A DNA stretch of 64,000 bases from contig OZ244065.1 in NCBI GenBank assembly GCA_965215505.1, forward strand, positions 3,488,001-3,552,000, written 5' to 3'. Below, piece after piece: positions 29,976-41,446 of the stretch (its first letter is position 1; every line of letters begins with the position of its first letter). The DNA is from Capsulimonadaceae bacterium (GTDB lineage: Bacteria; Armatimonadota; Armatimonadia; Armatimonadales; Capsulimonadaceae). The translations under genes were made by a program, and so were the position numbers. Under the pieces are notes generated by a model. The model searched no databases and was not told where the DNA came from. It saw only the letters and a program-made list of their open reading frames with translations.

Positions 29976-32900
29976 ATGTCAGTAACACGCCCGTTTGGCC
30001 GCCTGCTGCTCCCGGCCGCCTGCCTCGCCGCCGTCTGCGCCGCCATTTTCAGCCGCCCCGGCCCACTCCACTCCGCCCCGGTGACTGTGGCGGGAGTGGG
30101 CGCGGCCCCGGTCCGCGCAGGCGCGGCGATGCCCACGGTTCCTCCGGCGCGCACGGTGGAAGGGGTCGCCGTCTCGGCAGGGGGGAAGCCGCTGGCCCAC
30201 GCGACTCTGTACCTGTTCGGCCTGCCGCCGGGCGAGACCGACAGGATCAAATTGGGCGACCAGAGTACGGTGGTCACGGACGGCAAGGGCCGCTTCGTGT
30301 GGCAGGTCCCCGCTGCGCTGCCGCCGCTGAGTGACTACGTCGGCGTCCGCCCGATCCCCTGCTATGCGCTGGCCGCCGACCGGGGCGACACGCGGTTCCG
30401 GCTGGCCGTCCGGTCGGACTGGCACGGGGCCAATACGGCGCGGGCGGCGCGGGACCTGCTGGAACGGGCGGTTCGGCCCTGCGTCACGAAATGGGTGTTG
30501 GGCGGGCCGCATCCCGTCCTGTCGGTGGTCGCGCCGGACACCGCCGGCGTCACACTGACCGTGCGCGGGCCGGACGGGCTGCCGGTGCGCGGGCGGGCGG
30601 TCCGGGTGGTCCCGGCGGAGCAGCAGCGGACGGACTATGATGGGTCCATCGTGTACACGGGCCGGACGGACGCCGGGGGGCGGCTGCGCCTCCGGCTGTT
30701 CCCCGGACTGTTGCGCTTCCAGGTCGTCGCCCCGAGCGTCGGCTTCGGCGCGACCGGCGCGTTCGACCTGCGGCCGGGCCGGTCCGCCGCGCCCGCGCTG
30801 CCCCCGCTCGCGCCGTTCGCCCGGCTCTCCGGGCGGATGGATGCCGCCCTGGCCGGGCCGGGCGCGGTGGTCCACGGGGAGGTAGACAATGCCGGCGGGG
30901 CCATCTGGTACGACCCGCGTGCCGCCGTGGACGCCGGAGGGAGGTGGACGCTTGGGGACGTGCTGCCGGGACGCTGCCGGCTGGTCCTGGAAGGCGGGCG
31001 CGGCGCGAGCGAGCCGGTGGCGGTGACGGTCGCGCCCGGCGAACGGCTCGGCGGCCTCACGGTCGGCCCGTCGGTGCCGGTCCCCCCGGTGGCTCCGGCG
31101 GCGGCGCTTTCTTCCCCGGACAAGCCCACGGCGCGGGGCCGGGTCACGGACACGGCAGGCCGGCCGGTGGCGGGGGCGGACGTGTACGCCGACTTCTCGT
31201 ACTTCGGGATCAACGGCGGCACACAGGGCGTGTTCGCCGCCCAGTCGGACGCGGAAGGCCGGTATGTCATCCCCGACCTGAACGGTGGCCGAGAGCTGAC
31301 CCAGGTGGATGTCCGTCTCGTGGCGCACCGGCCCGGCTTTCCCCCTGCCGTCGGGGACGTGCGGGCCGACAAGGACCAGGCTTCGGGCCGGTGGCCGGAC
31401 GTGTCCGCCGACCTCACCCTCCCGGCCCTGCACGCCGGGCTGACGGTGCGCGTGCTGCGAGGCGGCCGGCCGCTCGCGGACGTCCCGGTGAGCCTCCTCC
31501 GGGACCAGGGGAACCGGGACCAGTTTTTCTCCCTGTCCCCCCCTCCGCTCCTGGCCTACGACCCGACGGGCCAGGGGAGGACGGGGCAAGCCCTCCGCGC
31601 CCTGCTCGCCCCCCGCGCGCAGACCGGGCCGGACGGGGTGGCCCACTTCGCGGACCTGACGCCCGGCCTGTGGGCCGTGGCGGTGAACCGGCCCGACGGC
31701 TTGTGGCAGGCCCCCCCGACCCCGTTCAATCTGAGTACGGGCCTCATCGTGCGGGCGGGCGAAGACCTGTCCTACACGGTCAGCGTCCGCCCGCCGCCCG
31801 GCCCGGCCGTCCTGCGCGTTCTGGCCCCGGACGGGCTGGCCCCGGCCGGCTCCTCCGTGTCCCTGAGCGCGGTGACGGCGCCGTTCTGGGGATACAGCAG
31901 CGCCCCGGCCACGACCGACGGCGCGGGGGACGAGCGCGCCGCCCTCCCCGCGCCCGGCCTGGTGCGGGTGACGGCGGACCTCCAGAGCGCGGGCCTCCCC
32001 GCCTTTGACCCGAGCAGCCCGGTCGGGCCGTACTCCGAGGGCGCGGCCCTGGTCGCGGTTTCGGACGCGACGCCGATCACGAGGCCGGTCGTCATCCCCA
32101 CCCGGCGCTATGGCCCGGCCAGCCTCCGCGTCCGGCTGGAAGACGCGCGGGGCCGTCCGGCGCGCGGGACGGTGACGGCGGGCGACAATCTCCAGCCCGC
32201 GCGCTATGCGGCCTCGACGGACGCGCACGGCCTGATCGTCTTTGCGGACATGCCGGCAGGGTATTACACGCTCACGGCCCGCCTCGCCGGGCCTCTGGGT
32301 GCGACCGCCTTGGGCGGCGCGGGCAGCCCTTTCCCGACGGACGCCGCCCTGCGGGCGCGGATGCGCCAGCCCTCGCCGCAGAGCGTCCACGTCCAGCCGG
32401 GCGAGGAGACCGCCGTCACGGTCCGCCCGCAGCCGATCGGGTATCTGCGCCTGCGCCTCGCCGTCCCGAAGGAGCGGGCGAAGGGCTACTACTTCGACGG
32501 GAGTCTGTACCCGTATGTCGAGGCGCTCGATACGCGGCAGGACCCCGCCACCGGCGAGTTCCTGGTCGGGCCGCTCCCGGCAGGACGCCGGACCTTCCGC
32601 CTGTTCCACAGCTTCCCTGGGCCGCCCTGGCAGTCCGTCCCGGCGGGCGCGGCGACGGTGACGGTGGAGGCGGGCCGGGTGACGCGCGCCGCCCTGGTCC
32701 CGCGCGACCCGCCCGGCCCGTCCCTCCTGCTTGAGTCCATCGCCCCTGCGGGGATGGTGCTGCTGGCGGACGGAAAAACGCCGGCCTGGGGGGCGCGGGC
32801 GGGCGTCTTCACTTCCGACCGGCAGTTCCCGCTCCGCCTGGTGCGGGCGGACGCGGCGGGCCGCCTGACGCTCTCCGACCGGTGGCAGGGCGCGACATGG

Positions 32901-33582
32901 CCCTGGAAGCTGACGCCGGGCAACCCGCCGGGTCCCGTCCTCGTCGCCTGGCTGCCGGGGACGGCGGGGGCGGCCATCGCACCGTATGTGCAGGGGCAGG
33001 ATACGCGGCTTGTCCTGCCGCCCGCCGTTTCCCTGCGCGGGCGGGTGACGGCGGGCGGGCTGCCCGTTTCGGGCCTGCCGTCGGGCTTCCGCGTCAAGGC
33101 GGCGTATCAGGGGCGGGGGGCTTTGAACGAGGCGTTGAGCGTGGAGGCGACGGCGCAGGCGGACGGGTCGTTTGAGCTGGCGGGCCTGACGCCGGGGGTC
33201 TACCGGGTCCAGGCGGTGCGGGACGAGATCTGGCTGTCCGAGGCCCGGACGGTGACGGTGGGGGGCGGGTCCGCTCGCGGCCCTGACGCTCGACATCGCG
33301 CCGCCGGGCGCGGCCGTCGTGCTGCACCTGGTGGACGGGGCGGGGAGGCCGCTGGCGGGCCGGGCGGTGACGGTCGCACGCCCCGCCGGGCCGCTGACCG
33401 CATTTGTCTGGCCGGACGGGCTGGCGACGGACGGCGCGGGCGACCTGCGGGTGGACGGCCTGGAAGCGGGTCCGCACCGGCTGACGGTTTCGGGGGTGCC
33501 GGGGGCGGGGGCAGGGTTCAACGTGCCGGTCTGGTCGGCGGACGCGCCGCCCTCAGTGCGGCGGGTGGTGGTGAAGAGGTAG
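29976..33582 (+). CDS. Large secreted protein with carboxypeptidase-regulatory-like repeats, frameshifted at G6 run 33260-33265
   Basis: Repeated GRVTD..GRPVAGA and TD..GRF motifs; the repeat pattern continues in the 33319-33582 frame. Confidence 0.8.
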
Positions 33583-33596
33583 TCGGCCCCGGAGTG

Positions 33597-33798
33597 CCCG
33601 GCGTTAAACCGCCGGTCCACACGGACGGGCCTCCCGCTTCGGGGCTTCGGAAAAAGGGCGCGGGTGAAATGAGAGGGCGCAGCAAGCAGCGCCCCTACAA
33701 TACGCAGAATGATGTTGTCCGAAGCCCCGAAGTGGGCGGCCCACCGGCGAAGCCGGGAATACCCTAATGAAACCTTAGACCGGCCCTTCAGGGCCGGG
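33597..33798. repeat. Family B doublet with a nested GTAG REP
   Basis: Arms at 33597-33650 and 33718-33798. Confidence 0.85.
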
Positions 33799-33976
33799 GA
33801 CGATGGGCCGGGTCATATCCATGGCGAGCGCTGGGGCCGCACGCCGGGGGCTTTTTCCTGTCACCCGTCTGCACGGGGGTGTCGGAATGAACAAATGGGG
33901 GCGGCAGGCGTTCTATAAAGCAAACACCCCCATCAAGGCCGATGAACGAAAAACGACTGAAAGGCGACCCGTTCCC

Positions 33977-34727
33977 ATGGAAAAACTGCCCGTGACGATA
34001 ACGCTAAAAACACTGCTCCCGGCGGCGCTGCTGGCGCTGGCCCTGTCCGCCGGCCAGGGCGTCCGCGCCGACGCCCCGGCTGCCTCAGCCCCACCGGCCA
34101 CCGCGACGGCCCCGGCTGCCGCGACGGCCCCGGCGGGGTCGTTCGAGGTCAAACTCGCGCCGCTCGTGCCCGGCAGCGCCGCCGCCGCCCTGGACGCCCT
34201 GGCCGGCAAGCCGCAGATCGTCGGCATCACGACCAAGAGCGGGGCGATGTTCCTCGGCCGGGTCCTCTCGGGCGACCACACCAACTACGCCGTGCAGGCG
34301 TTCCACTTCGTGGGTCAGCCCCGGACCGTGTCCCAGATCGTCGGCACGGGCCGCTACCGGCGTACCGTGCGGACGCGCGTACCCACCACCCTCCCGGACG
34401 TCCAGGCCGTCGGGTATCTGCTGCAAGGGGCGGCCGGCTCCAGGGTGAACCCGCCCGAGGCCCTCGCCGGGTCGGGGACGCTGGCCGCCTCCGACATCAA
34501 GTGCCTCCAGGCCCTCTCTCCGCCCACCAAGGCCGCCCGCAAGGCCGCGCGGAAGGCCGTGACGACAACCGTGGCCGCCGCCCCCGGCCCCTTCCACGTC
34601 TACCGCCCCTCCTACGTCTACCGCCCCTCCTACGTCTACCGCCCCTTCCATATCAGCCGCCGCGCCTGTCTCCCCGTGGGCCTGGACGCTGACCACGCTC
34701 TGGCCGCCGGCCGCGCCCAAGAAGTAG
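33977..34727 (+). CDS. Hypothetical secreted protein, frameshifted at ~34581-34585
   Basis: Signal VRA-D; removing one base gives STSTAPP repeats and WPPAAPKK*, just before a terminator. Confidence 0.65.
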
Positions 34728-34763
34728 CGCCCGGCGGCGAGAAGCCCCGGCGGCGAGAAGCCG

Positions 34764-34796
34764 CGCCCGCCTCCCCAGACGGAGGCGGGCTTTTTC
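34764..34796 (+). terminator. Rho-independent terminator
   Basis: GCCCGCCTCC-ccagac-GGAGGCGGGC-TTTTT. Confidence 0.8.
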
Positions 34797-34903
34797 GTGC
34801 GAAGTCCCGCTTTCTGGTGCGTATGCTTACTTCTCGCTCTTTTCGGGTAATCGTGACTATTGCTCTTTCCGAGGCGGGACCGCTCCCGTAGAAAGCCTTA
34901 GCC

Positions 34904-35134
34904 ATGGTGGTCATTACCTGCATCGCGCGCCAGACGCTGGAGATCGGTGAAGACGTGGAGGTCATGGTCGTTGAGGTCGCGCCGGGCGAGGTGCGGCTCG
35001 CCGTCCGCGCTCCGGGCCGGTGCGTGACGCGCCTTGACTCGATCCCCCTGCCTTCCAGCGCCTCGGAGCTGCGCCTGGTCCACCTGGAGGGCGGGTCGGG
35101 CTGGCCGCACCGCCGGGCGCGGGGCAGTAAGTAG
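34904..35134 (+). CDS. Divergent CsrA/RsmA-like protein
   Basis: L.IGEDVEVMVVEV..GEVRLAVRAP matches the CsrA fold pattern. Confidence 0.65.
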   Translation: MVVITCIARQTLEIGEDVEVMVVEVAPGEVRLAVRAPGRCVTRLDSIPLPSSASELRLVHLEGGSGWPHRRARGSK

Positions 35135-35289
35135 CCGCCGGGAGCGGGTGCCGGTGCATCGCGTGTAGACGGGCGCAAGACCGGGTAGGAAGAAGCAGCG
35201 CGCGCGGCGAAGATAGAAGGCAGCCGTTCACAGAAATCGCACGCGAGAGGCGCGCGCAAAGACCGCGCGAAGATCAAGGAGCCAGAGAC

Positions 35290-35916
35290 ATGCCTGAAGA
35301 CCCGAACAGCCCCGGCGAGCCGCAACGCGACATCAACGGGAACCCGGTCCCGCCGCCCGGACAGTCGCCCTTCGGGGCACCGCCCGCTCGGCCCCTGCCG
35401 GGCAATACCCCTCCGCCCCCCTCCTTCGGCGGCCCCGCGCCCGGCGCACAGCCCGGCGCGCAGCAGTACGGCCAGGCCGCCGAGCAGAAGTACGACCTGT
35501 CCGGCAACCCGATCCCGTCATCGAGTACCCCGCCCCCCGCCGCCCCCTACGGGGCACCGGCCGGTCAGGCCCCCGCCTGGCCGCCGCCCGGCGGGGCCTA
35601 CGGACAGCCGGGCGCGTATGGGCAGCCCGGCGGGTTCGTGCAGCCCGGCTACTACCCGGTCCAGGTCAAGGGCACTCAGATCCTGGTCATGGGCATCCTG
35701 AGCTTCTTCTGCTTCGGCATCATCCTCGGCCCGATGGCCTACACCCAGGGCAACTCCGCCCTGGCCGCGATCGACCGGGGCGAGGCCGACCCGATGGAAC
35801 GGGGCAAGGTGAACGCGGGACGCATCTGCGGCCTCATCGGCGGCATCCTCGCCGCGATCATCATCGTGGTCCGTGTCGGCATCCTGATCACGACCTTCTC
35901 CCACGGCACCCACTGA
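35290..35916 (+). CDS. Pro-rich membrane protein, DUF4190-like
   Basis: ILVMGILS...G.ILGPMA...AGRICGLIG; AAGGAG RBS. Confidence 0.8.
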   Translation: MPEDPNSPGEPQRDINGNPVPPPGQSPFGAPPARPLPGNTPPPPSFGGPAPGAQPGAQQYGQAAEQKYDLSGNPIPSSSTPPPAAPYGAPAGQAPAWPPPGGAYGQPGAYGQPGGFVQPGYYPVQVKGTQILVMGILSFFCFGIILGPMAYTQGNSALAAIDRGEADPMERGKVNAGRICGLIGGILAAIIIVVRVGILITTFSHGTH

Positions 35917-35959
35917 CGCCGCGCCGTGGTCGGCCGTGTTCGCATCGGTCACAGCCATG

Positions 35960-35994
35960 AAAGCCTGTCCCTTACCAGAGGGACAGGCTTTTTT
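35960..35994 (+). terminator. Rho-independent terminator
   Basis: AAAGCCTGTCCCT...AGGGACAGGCTTTTTT. Confidence 0.8.
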
Positions 35995-36134
35995 CTCGCC
36001 CGACTCTTATGGCCGGACGCTCCGGCCCGCCGCCTCTTGCGCCGGACGTGCTATAATCTCGCTAGTGGCTCCCCGGCTGCGCTTTGGGGCGATCCGTGCC
36101 GGGACACGGGGAGTGCGGGAGAAGAGGATCTTTT

Positions 36135-37241
36135 ATGACGGACGGCGACCACGGACCCACGGGCCAAGAACCACCGGGCCAAGAACCACCGGGCCAAGAA
36201 CCACCGGGCCAAGAACCCGTAGGCGGACGCACAGGCGGATACGTCCTCGGCCAGCCGCCCCCCCGGCCGGGCCGGACGCACCTGCTGTGGGACAACGGCG
36301 GCGGGACGGCGGCGGTGTGGCGTCTGGGCGAGTCCGGGCCAGGGGGGTCCGGGCCGGGGGAGTCCGCGCCGGGGGAGTCCGCGCCGGAGGGCCTGGAGGC
36401 GTCGGACCGGCAGCAGTTCGGGCCGTTCACGGGCTGGGCGGCGCGCGCCCTGGCGGTCGGGCCGAGCGAGCGGGTGTACCTGCTCTGGACGGGGCCGGGG
36501 CGGTCGGCCTCGGTCTGGAGCGTGGACATGGAGGCGGGGGCGGCGCGGCACCTGGAGTACGGGCCTTACGGCGGGTGGAAGGCGCGTGCCCTGGCGGTCG
36601 GCCCGGACGGTGTGCTGCGGGTGCTGTGGTCGGGGGCGGGCGGGGCGGCGGCTTTGTGGAGCCTGCCGGAGCAGAGTTTCGGGACGGGCGGGGTGCCGGA
36701 CTCGCTGGACTGCGGGCCGTTCGCGGGCTGGGAGGCGCGCGCCCTGGCGGTCGGCCCGGACAACCGGGCGCACCTGTTGTGGACGCGCGGGGACGGGGCG
36801 GCGAGCGTGTGGGCGGTCGGGGCGGACGGCCGGGCGCAGCCGAGCGAACACGGGCCGTATGACGGGTGGAGCGCGGTGGGCGTGGCGGCCTCGGGGCGCG
36901 GCGGGAGCCGGCTGCTCTGGCGGGGCGCGGGCGGCTACGCCTCGCTCTGGGACGTACAGGCCGCAGGGGTCGGGCAGGGCGGGGTCGGGCAGGGCGGGGT
37001 CGGGCAGGGCGGGGACGAGCGCGCGCCCGACGAGCGCCCGCAGGCGGTGCATGGGCCGTTCGCGGGCTGGACTGCGGCGGCGGTGGCGGGGGGCGCGGGC
37101 GACGCCGCCCATGTGCTGTGGCGGCGCGAGGGCGGCGGGCTGGCCTCCGTGTGGCGTCTGGGCGCATCGGACGGGGGCGACCACCGGGAGTGCGGACCGT
37201 TCGTGGGCTGGACGCCGGTAGCCCTGGCGGTGGGGCCGTAG
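36135..37241 (+). CDS. Beta-propeller-like repeat protein
   Basis: About 6 repeats of HLLW...A.VW...GPF.GW.ARALAVGPD; no signal peptide. Confidence 0.8.
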   Translation: MTDGDHGPTGQEPPGQEPPGQEPPGQEPVGGRTGGYVLGQPPPRPGRTHLLWDNGGGTAAVWRLGESGPGGSGPGESAPGESAPEGLEASDRQQFGPFTGWAARALAVGPSERVYLLWTGPGRSASVWSVDMEAGAARHLEYGPYGGWKARALAVGPDGVLRVLWSGAGGAAALWSLPEQSFGTGGVPDSLDCGPFAGWEARALAVGPDNRAHLLWTRGDGAASVWAVGADGRAQPSEHGPYDGWSAVGVAASGRGGSRLLWRGAGGYASLWDVQAAGVGQGGVGQGGVGQGGDERAPDERPQAVHGPFAGWTAAAVAGGAGDAAHVLWRREGGGLASVWRLGASDGGDHRECGPFVGWTPVALAVGP

Positions 37242-37284
37242 GGTATACTGGAGTCAATGGGAATGAAGCGATGAGGATGAAACC

Positions 37285-37908
37285 ATGAAAACGTCCGTCA
37301 GCGCCAAGCGCTGCCCGCAGTGCGGGAAAGTGACGGGTCTGCACACCGAGACGTGCGGGGAGTGCGGGCACCGGTTCCGGACGCACTTTGAGGAGCCGAC
37401 GGACCGCACGGAGGCGTTCGACGCCCACATGCTGCCGCGCCCGACCGCCGCGCGCCCGGCTGGCTCGCGCCGGCGGGCCTCGCCGTTCGTGCTGGCCTTC
37501 CTCGGCTCCTTCTGCGTGGTGGCCTCGGTGGGGGTGGGGGCGTGGCTGGCCTGGGCGCTGACGCGCGGCCCGTCCGACCTGCCCGCCCGGAATGCGTCGG
37601 GCGTGTCGGCGGGTGCCCCGCTGGCGGCCTCCTACGGGGACGGCCGCCGCACGGGCCGGGCGGAGGACCTGTACGAGCGCCTGGAGATGGCGATGTCGCT
37701 GTACGACGTGGACCAGGCGGCGGGCGGCATGGGGCGTCTGATCCGCTCGCCGGACGCCCACGTCCTGCTGCTGTCCTATGACTACCCGGACCAGAGCGTG
37801 CGCGTCTCGCTGTACCGCGGCGACCTGACGGGGGACGACTACCGGGTGCAGGCGGTCGCGCTGTACCGGGGCAAGACCTTGCTGCACCGGCACGCGGACG
37901 ACAACTAG
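37285..37908 (+). CDS. Zinc-ribbon membrane protein
   Basis: CPQCG...CGECG, then one TM. Confidence 0.8.
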   Translation: MKTSVSAKRCPQCGKVTGLHTETCGECGHRFRTHFEEPTDRTEAFDAHMLPRPTAARPAGSRRRASPFVLAFLGSFCVVASVGVGAWLAWALTRGPSDLPARNASGVSAGAPLAASYGDGRRTGRAEDLYERLEMAMSLYDVDQAAGGMGRLIRSPDAHVLLLSYDYPDQSVRVSLYRGDLTGDDYRVQAVALYRGKTLLHRHADDN

Positions 37909-37918
37909 GGGCTTGCAC

Positions 37919-38085
37919 CCTCTCCCGCCGCGCGAGCGCGGCACCCTCCCCTCGGAGGGAAGGGGTTTAGAACTAGCCCGGATAGCGGCCTTTGTCTCCC
38001 GCCACTGGGCCAGTGACCGCGCCCGTTGTCCGGAACCCTTCCCTCCGAGGGGAGGGGTGCCGCGCTCGCGCGGCGGGAGAGGATC
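37919..38085. repeat. Family D inverted-repeat element, copy 1
   Basis: CCTCTCCCGCCGCGCGAGCGCGGCACCCTCCCCTCGGAGGGAAGGG and its reverse complement. Confidence 0.9.
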
Positions 38086-38092
38086 GAGACGC

Positions 38093-41000
38093 CTACGCCG
38101 CCGCCAATTCCCGCCCCGCCTCCCGCCACTCGTCCCCCGCCCCGCCGCCGGTGTTGGCCGGGGGGCCAGCCGCGCCGCGCGCCGGGGGCAGCAAAGCTTC
38201 CAGGCGCTCGGGCGGGACGGGCGGGCTGAACAGGAAGCCCTGCATCTGGTCGCAGCCGAGACGCGCCAGGGTCCGCCGCTGCCCCTCGCGCTCCACCCCC
38301 TCGGCGATCACCTCCAGCGACAGGGCGTGGGCCATGTCAATGACGGCCCGGACGACGGCCTCGTCGTGGAGGCCGTCCTCATCCCCGCCCCCCTCGCCGT
38401 TCCCCTCGCCACGGTCCGCGCCGTCCCCGGCCGCGTTCCCGGCCAGGCCGAGGACGAACGAGCGGTCCACCTTCAGGACGTCGAGCGGCAGGCGGCGCAG
38501 GTAGGACAGCGACGAGTAGCCCGTCCCGAAGTCGTCCACCGACAGCCGGATGCCCAGGGCGCGCAGCGCGTTCAGGCGGCCCGCCGCCGTCTCGCCCAGG
38601 CCGTCCGCTCCTCTGCCGTCCGCTCCTCTGCCGTCCGCTCCTCTGCCGTCCATCCCCTTCCCGTTCAGGTTCTCGATTAGGGCGCTCTCGGTCAGCTCCA
38701 GGTCCAGCAGGCGCGGGTCCAGCCCCGCCGCATCCAGGGCGGCCCGGACGGAGGGGACCAGGCCGCGCTCGCCGAGCTGGCGGGCGGACAGGTTGACCGA
38801 GACGCGCAGGGGGCGGCCCTCGCGCGCCCAGACGGCGGCCTGGCGGCAGGCCTCCCGCAGCACCCAGTCGCCGAGCGGGACGATCAGGCCGGTCTCCTCG
38901 GCCAGCGGGATGAAGCGGCCCGGCGAGACCATGCCCCACTCGGGGTGACGCCAGCGGACGAGGGCCTCGGCCCCGACGATCTCGCCGGTGGCGGACGAGA
39001 CCTGCGGCTGATAGAAGAGGACCATCTCGCCGTGCCCGTCCGCCTCCGCCCTCTCCCCGCTTCCTTGTGCCTCGATGGCCTTCCGCAGACTGTTCTCCAC
39101 ATGGAGCCGGTCCTCGGCGGCCTCGGTCATGGCGGGCGTGAAGCGCCGCCAGCGCCCGCGCCCCTCGGACTTCGCGTGGTACATGGCGAGGTCGGCGTGC
39201 TTGAGCAGGGTCTCGGCGTCCGCGCCGTCCTCGGGGAACCGGCTGATGCCGATGGAGGCGGCGACGTGCAGCTCGTGGCCCTCGATGGTGACGGGGGCGG
39301 CCAGGCTGTCGAGCAGGTCGGCGGCGGCGGTGGCGGCGTCCTCCCCCGCCGCGCGCCCGCCTTCGGGCACCAGCAGCAGGGTGAACTCGTCGCCGCCCAT
39401 CCGGGCGAGGACGTCCTGGGGGCCGCCGTGCTGGGCGTGGCGGGCGGCGAACCGGCTGGCGACCTCCTGGAGCATGTAGTCGCCGGCGACGTGGCCGAGG
39501 CTGTCGTTGACGTGCTTGAACAGGTCGAGGTCCATGAACAGCAGCGCGAACGGCTCGGCCCGGCCGATGGCGTCGTCCAGCGCCTCGCCGAATCGGGCGC
39601 GGTTGGGCAGGGAGGTGAGCGGGTCGGTGTAGGCCTGCCAGCGGATCAGGGCGACGGCCTTCTTCTGCTCGGCCTCGGCCCGCTTCTGGGCGGTGATGTC
39701 GCGGGAGATGACCGAGGCGCCGATCAGCGCCCCGGTGTCGCTGCGGAGCGGGGAGGAGCGGAAGGAGATGTCTATCGGGGACCCGTCCTTGCGGAGCCGG
39801 GTGGTGTCGGCGATCTCCAGCGCCTCGCCCGCCTCGATGGCGGCGGCGATGCGGGCGCGCTCGGCGTGCAGGGCCGGCGGGAACAGGCGGGCGACGTTCT
39901 GCCCGATCATCTCCTCCGCCGTCCACCCGTACAGCCGCTCCGCGCTCGGGTTCCAGGTCAGGACGGTGCCGTCGAGGGTGCGGGAGACGATGGCATCGTG
40001 GGAGGAGTGGACGATGGCGGCCAGCCGGTTCAGCCCCTCCTGCCCCCGGCGGCGCTGGGTGCTGTCGAGGGCGACGCCGATCACGCCCTGCGGCGTGCCG
40101 TCCTCGCCCAGCAGCGGGAGGCACTGGGTCTCCCAGGAGTAGCCCCCCACCTCGGTGGTGTAGGTGACGGCCTCGCCGCCCAGCGCGCGCCGGATGTCGG
40201 CGAGGAGGGCGGGCGCGTCCGCGCGCAGGTCAAAGACGGACCGGCCCACCGCCTGCCCCGGCGCAAGCCCGAGCAGGCGCAGGCCCTTGCCCTCGGACAT
40301 GGTGAAGACGCCCTGGGTGTCCAGGCTGAACAGGATGAGGGGGGCGTTGTCCACCACGGTCTGGAGCCGGTCCTGCGCCTGCCGCAGCAGCTCCTCGGCC
40401 CGACGCCGGGCGGTGATGTCCTGGGCGATGCCCATGGCGGCGTCCTGCACCTCCCAGACCAGCGGGTGGGAGGTGATCTCGGCCCAGAGCAGCTCGCCCG
40501 ACTTCGTCAGGTGCCGCCAGACGCTGCCCGCCTGCGCGGTGCCGACGCTGCGGCGGACGGCGTCGCGGTCCTCGGGGGGCCGGATGTCCAGCAGGGTCAT
40601 CGCCAGGAACTCCTCCCGGCTGTAGCCGTAGCGCCGCACGGCGGCCTCGTTGACGGCCAGGAAGGCCAATGTCTGTTTGTTGTAGACCCACATCGGGAGC
40701 GGGTTCCGCTCGAACAGCAGGCGGTAGCGCACCTCGCTCTGGCGCAGGCCGTCCTGGGCGCGCAGGGCGGCGCGGAAGCCGGCCCCGGCGGCGCGGGTGA
40801 CGGCGAGGGCGAGGGCCAGCGACAGGAGGAGGATGACGCCCTGCCGGGCCTGGCCGAGCCGGAGGGTGCGCGCCCGCATCCGCGTCTCCGCCGCGCCCTT
40901 GCGGACCCGGTAGGCGTCCAGGCCCTTGCCCAGTGCGTCGAGACGGATCTCCAGGGCGTGGCGGGCGGCCGTCCCCTGCGACTCCCACAGGGCGCGCGCT

Positions 41001-41446
41001 TCGGCGCCCCGCCCCCCGCCGGACAGGCGGATCGCACGGTCCTCCAGGGGGGCGCAGACGGCCCGCTCCTGGCGCGCGGCCTCGGCACACTGCGCCCGCA
41101 GGTCGGCGTCGCCGGGCAGGCTTTGGAGGGTGGCCTGGAGCGCCTCGAACCCGGCCCGAACGTCCTCGTCGGCCTCCCGCTTGCGCTCGCGCTTCTCGGC
41201 CTGGGCCGTGTAGACGTAGCCCTGGGTGTCGGAGGCGGCGTCCCGCGCGGCCAGCGTGACTGCGGCGATCCCGGCCCCCCCCTCGCGGACGCGCGCGTCC
41301 GTGACGGAGGCCTGGTCGAAGCTCTCCTTCATCGCCGTCCCGGTCAGGACGTCGCCCGCCAGGCCGAGGAGGAGGACGAGGAAGAAGCTCGCCGCGAGTA
41401 CCCTGCCCATCCCCCACTGCGGGGATGGGGCTTCGGATTTAGTCAT
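38093..41446 (-). CDS. Membrane sensor-PAS(x3)-GGDEF-EAL diguanylate cyclase/phosphodiesterase
   Basis: 2 TM, three PAS-like repeats, intact GGDEF, EAL and DDFGTGYSS. Confidence 0.95.
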   Translation of the reverse strand: MTKSEAPSPQWGMGRVLAASFFLVLLLGLAGDVLTGTAMKESFDQASVTDARVREGGAGIAAVTLAARDAASDTQGYVYTAQAEKRERKREADEDVRAGFEALQATLQSLPGDADLRAQCAEAARQERAVCAPLEDRAIRLSGGGRGAEARALWESQGTAARHALEIRLDALGKGLDAYRVRKGAAETRMRARTLRLGQARQGVILLLSLALALAVTRAAGAGFRAALRAQDGLRQSEVRYRLLFERNPLPMWVYNKQTLAFLAVNEAAVRRYGYSREEFLAMTLLDIRPPEDRDAVRRSVGTAQAGSVWRHLTKSGELLWAEITSHPLVWEVQDAAMGIAQDITARRRAEELLRQAQDRLQTVVDNAPLILFSLDTQGVFTMSEGKGLRLLGLAPGQAVGRSVFDLRADAPALLADIRRALGGEAVTYTTEVGGYSWETQCLPLLGEDGTPQGVIGVALDSTQRRRGQEGLNRLAAIVHSSHDAIVSRTLDGTVLTWNPSAERLYGWTAEEMIGQNVARLFPPALHAERARIAAAIEAGEALEIADTTRLRKDGSPIDISFRSSPLRSDTGALIGASVISRDITAQKRAEAEQKKAVALIRWQAYTDPLTSLPNRARFGEALDDAIGRAEPFALLFMDLDLFKHVNDSLGHVAGDYMLQEVASRFAARHAQHGGPQDVLARMGGDEFTLLLVPEGGRAAGEDAATAAADLLDSLAAPVTIEGHELHVAASIGISRFPEDGADAETLLKHADLAMYHAKSEGRGRWRRFTPAMTEAAEDRLHVENSLRKAIEAQGSGERAEADGHGEMVLFYQPQVSSATGEIVGAEALVRWRHPEWGMVSPGRFIPLAEETGLIVPLGDWVLREACRQAAVWAREGRPLRVSVNLSARQLGERGLVPSVRAALDAAGLDPRLLDLELTESALIENLNGKGMDGRGADGRGADGRGADGLGETAAGRLNALRALGIRLSVDDFGTGYSSLSYLRRLPLDVLKVDRSFVLGLAGNAAGDGADRGEGNGEGGGDEDGLHDEAVVRAVIDMAHALSLEVIAEGVEREGQRRTLARLGCDQMQGFLFSPPVPPERLEALLPPARGAAGPPANTGGGAGDEWREAGRELAAA

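Noticed and set aside
29979-33620. Very long antisense ORFs (also 38945-41497, 52052-54247, 23505-25442, 25958-28102)
   Set aside because: They are shadow frames of real genes in high-GC DNA, with no motifs of their own.
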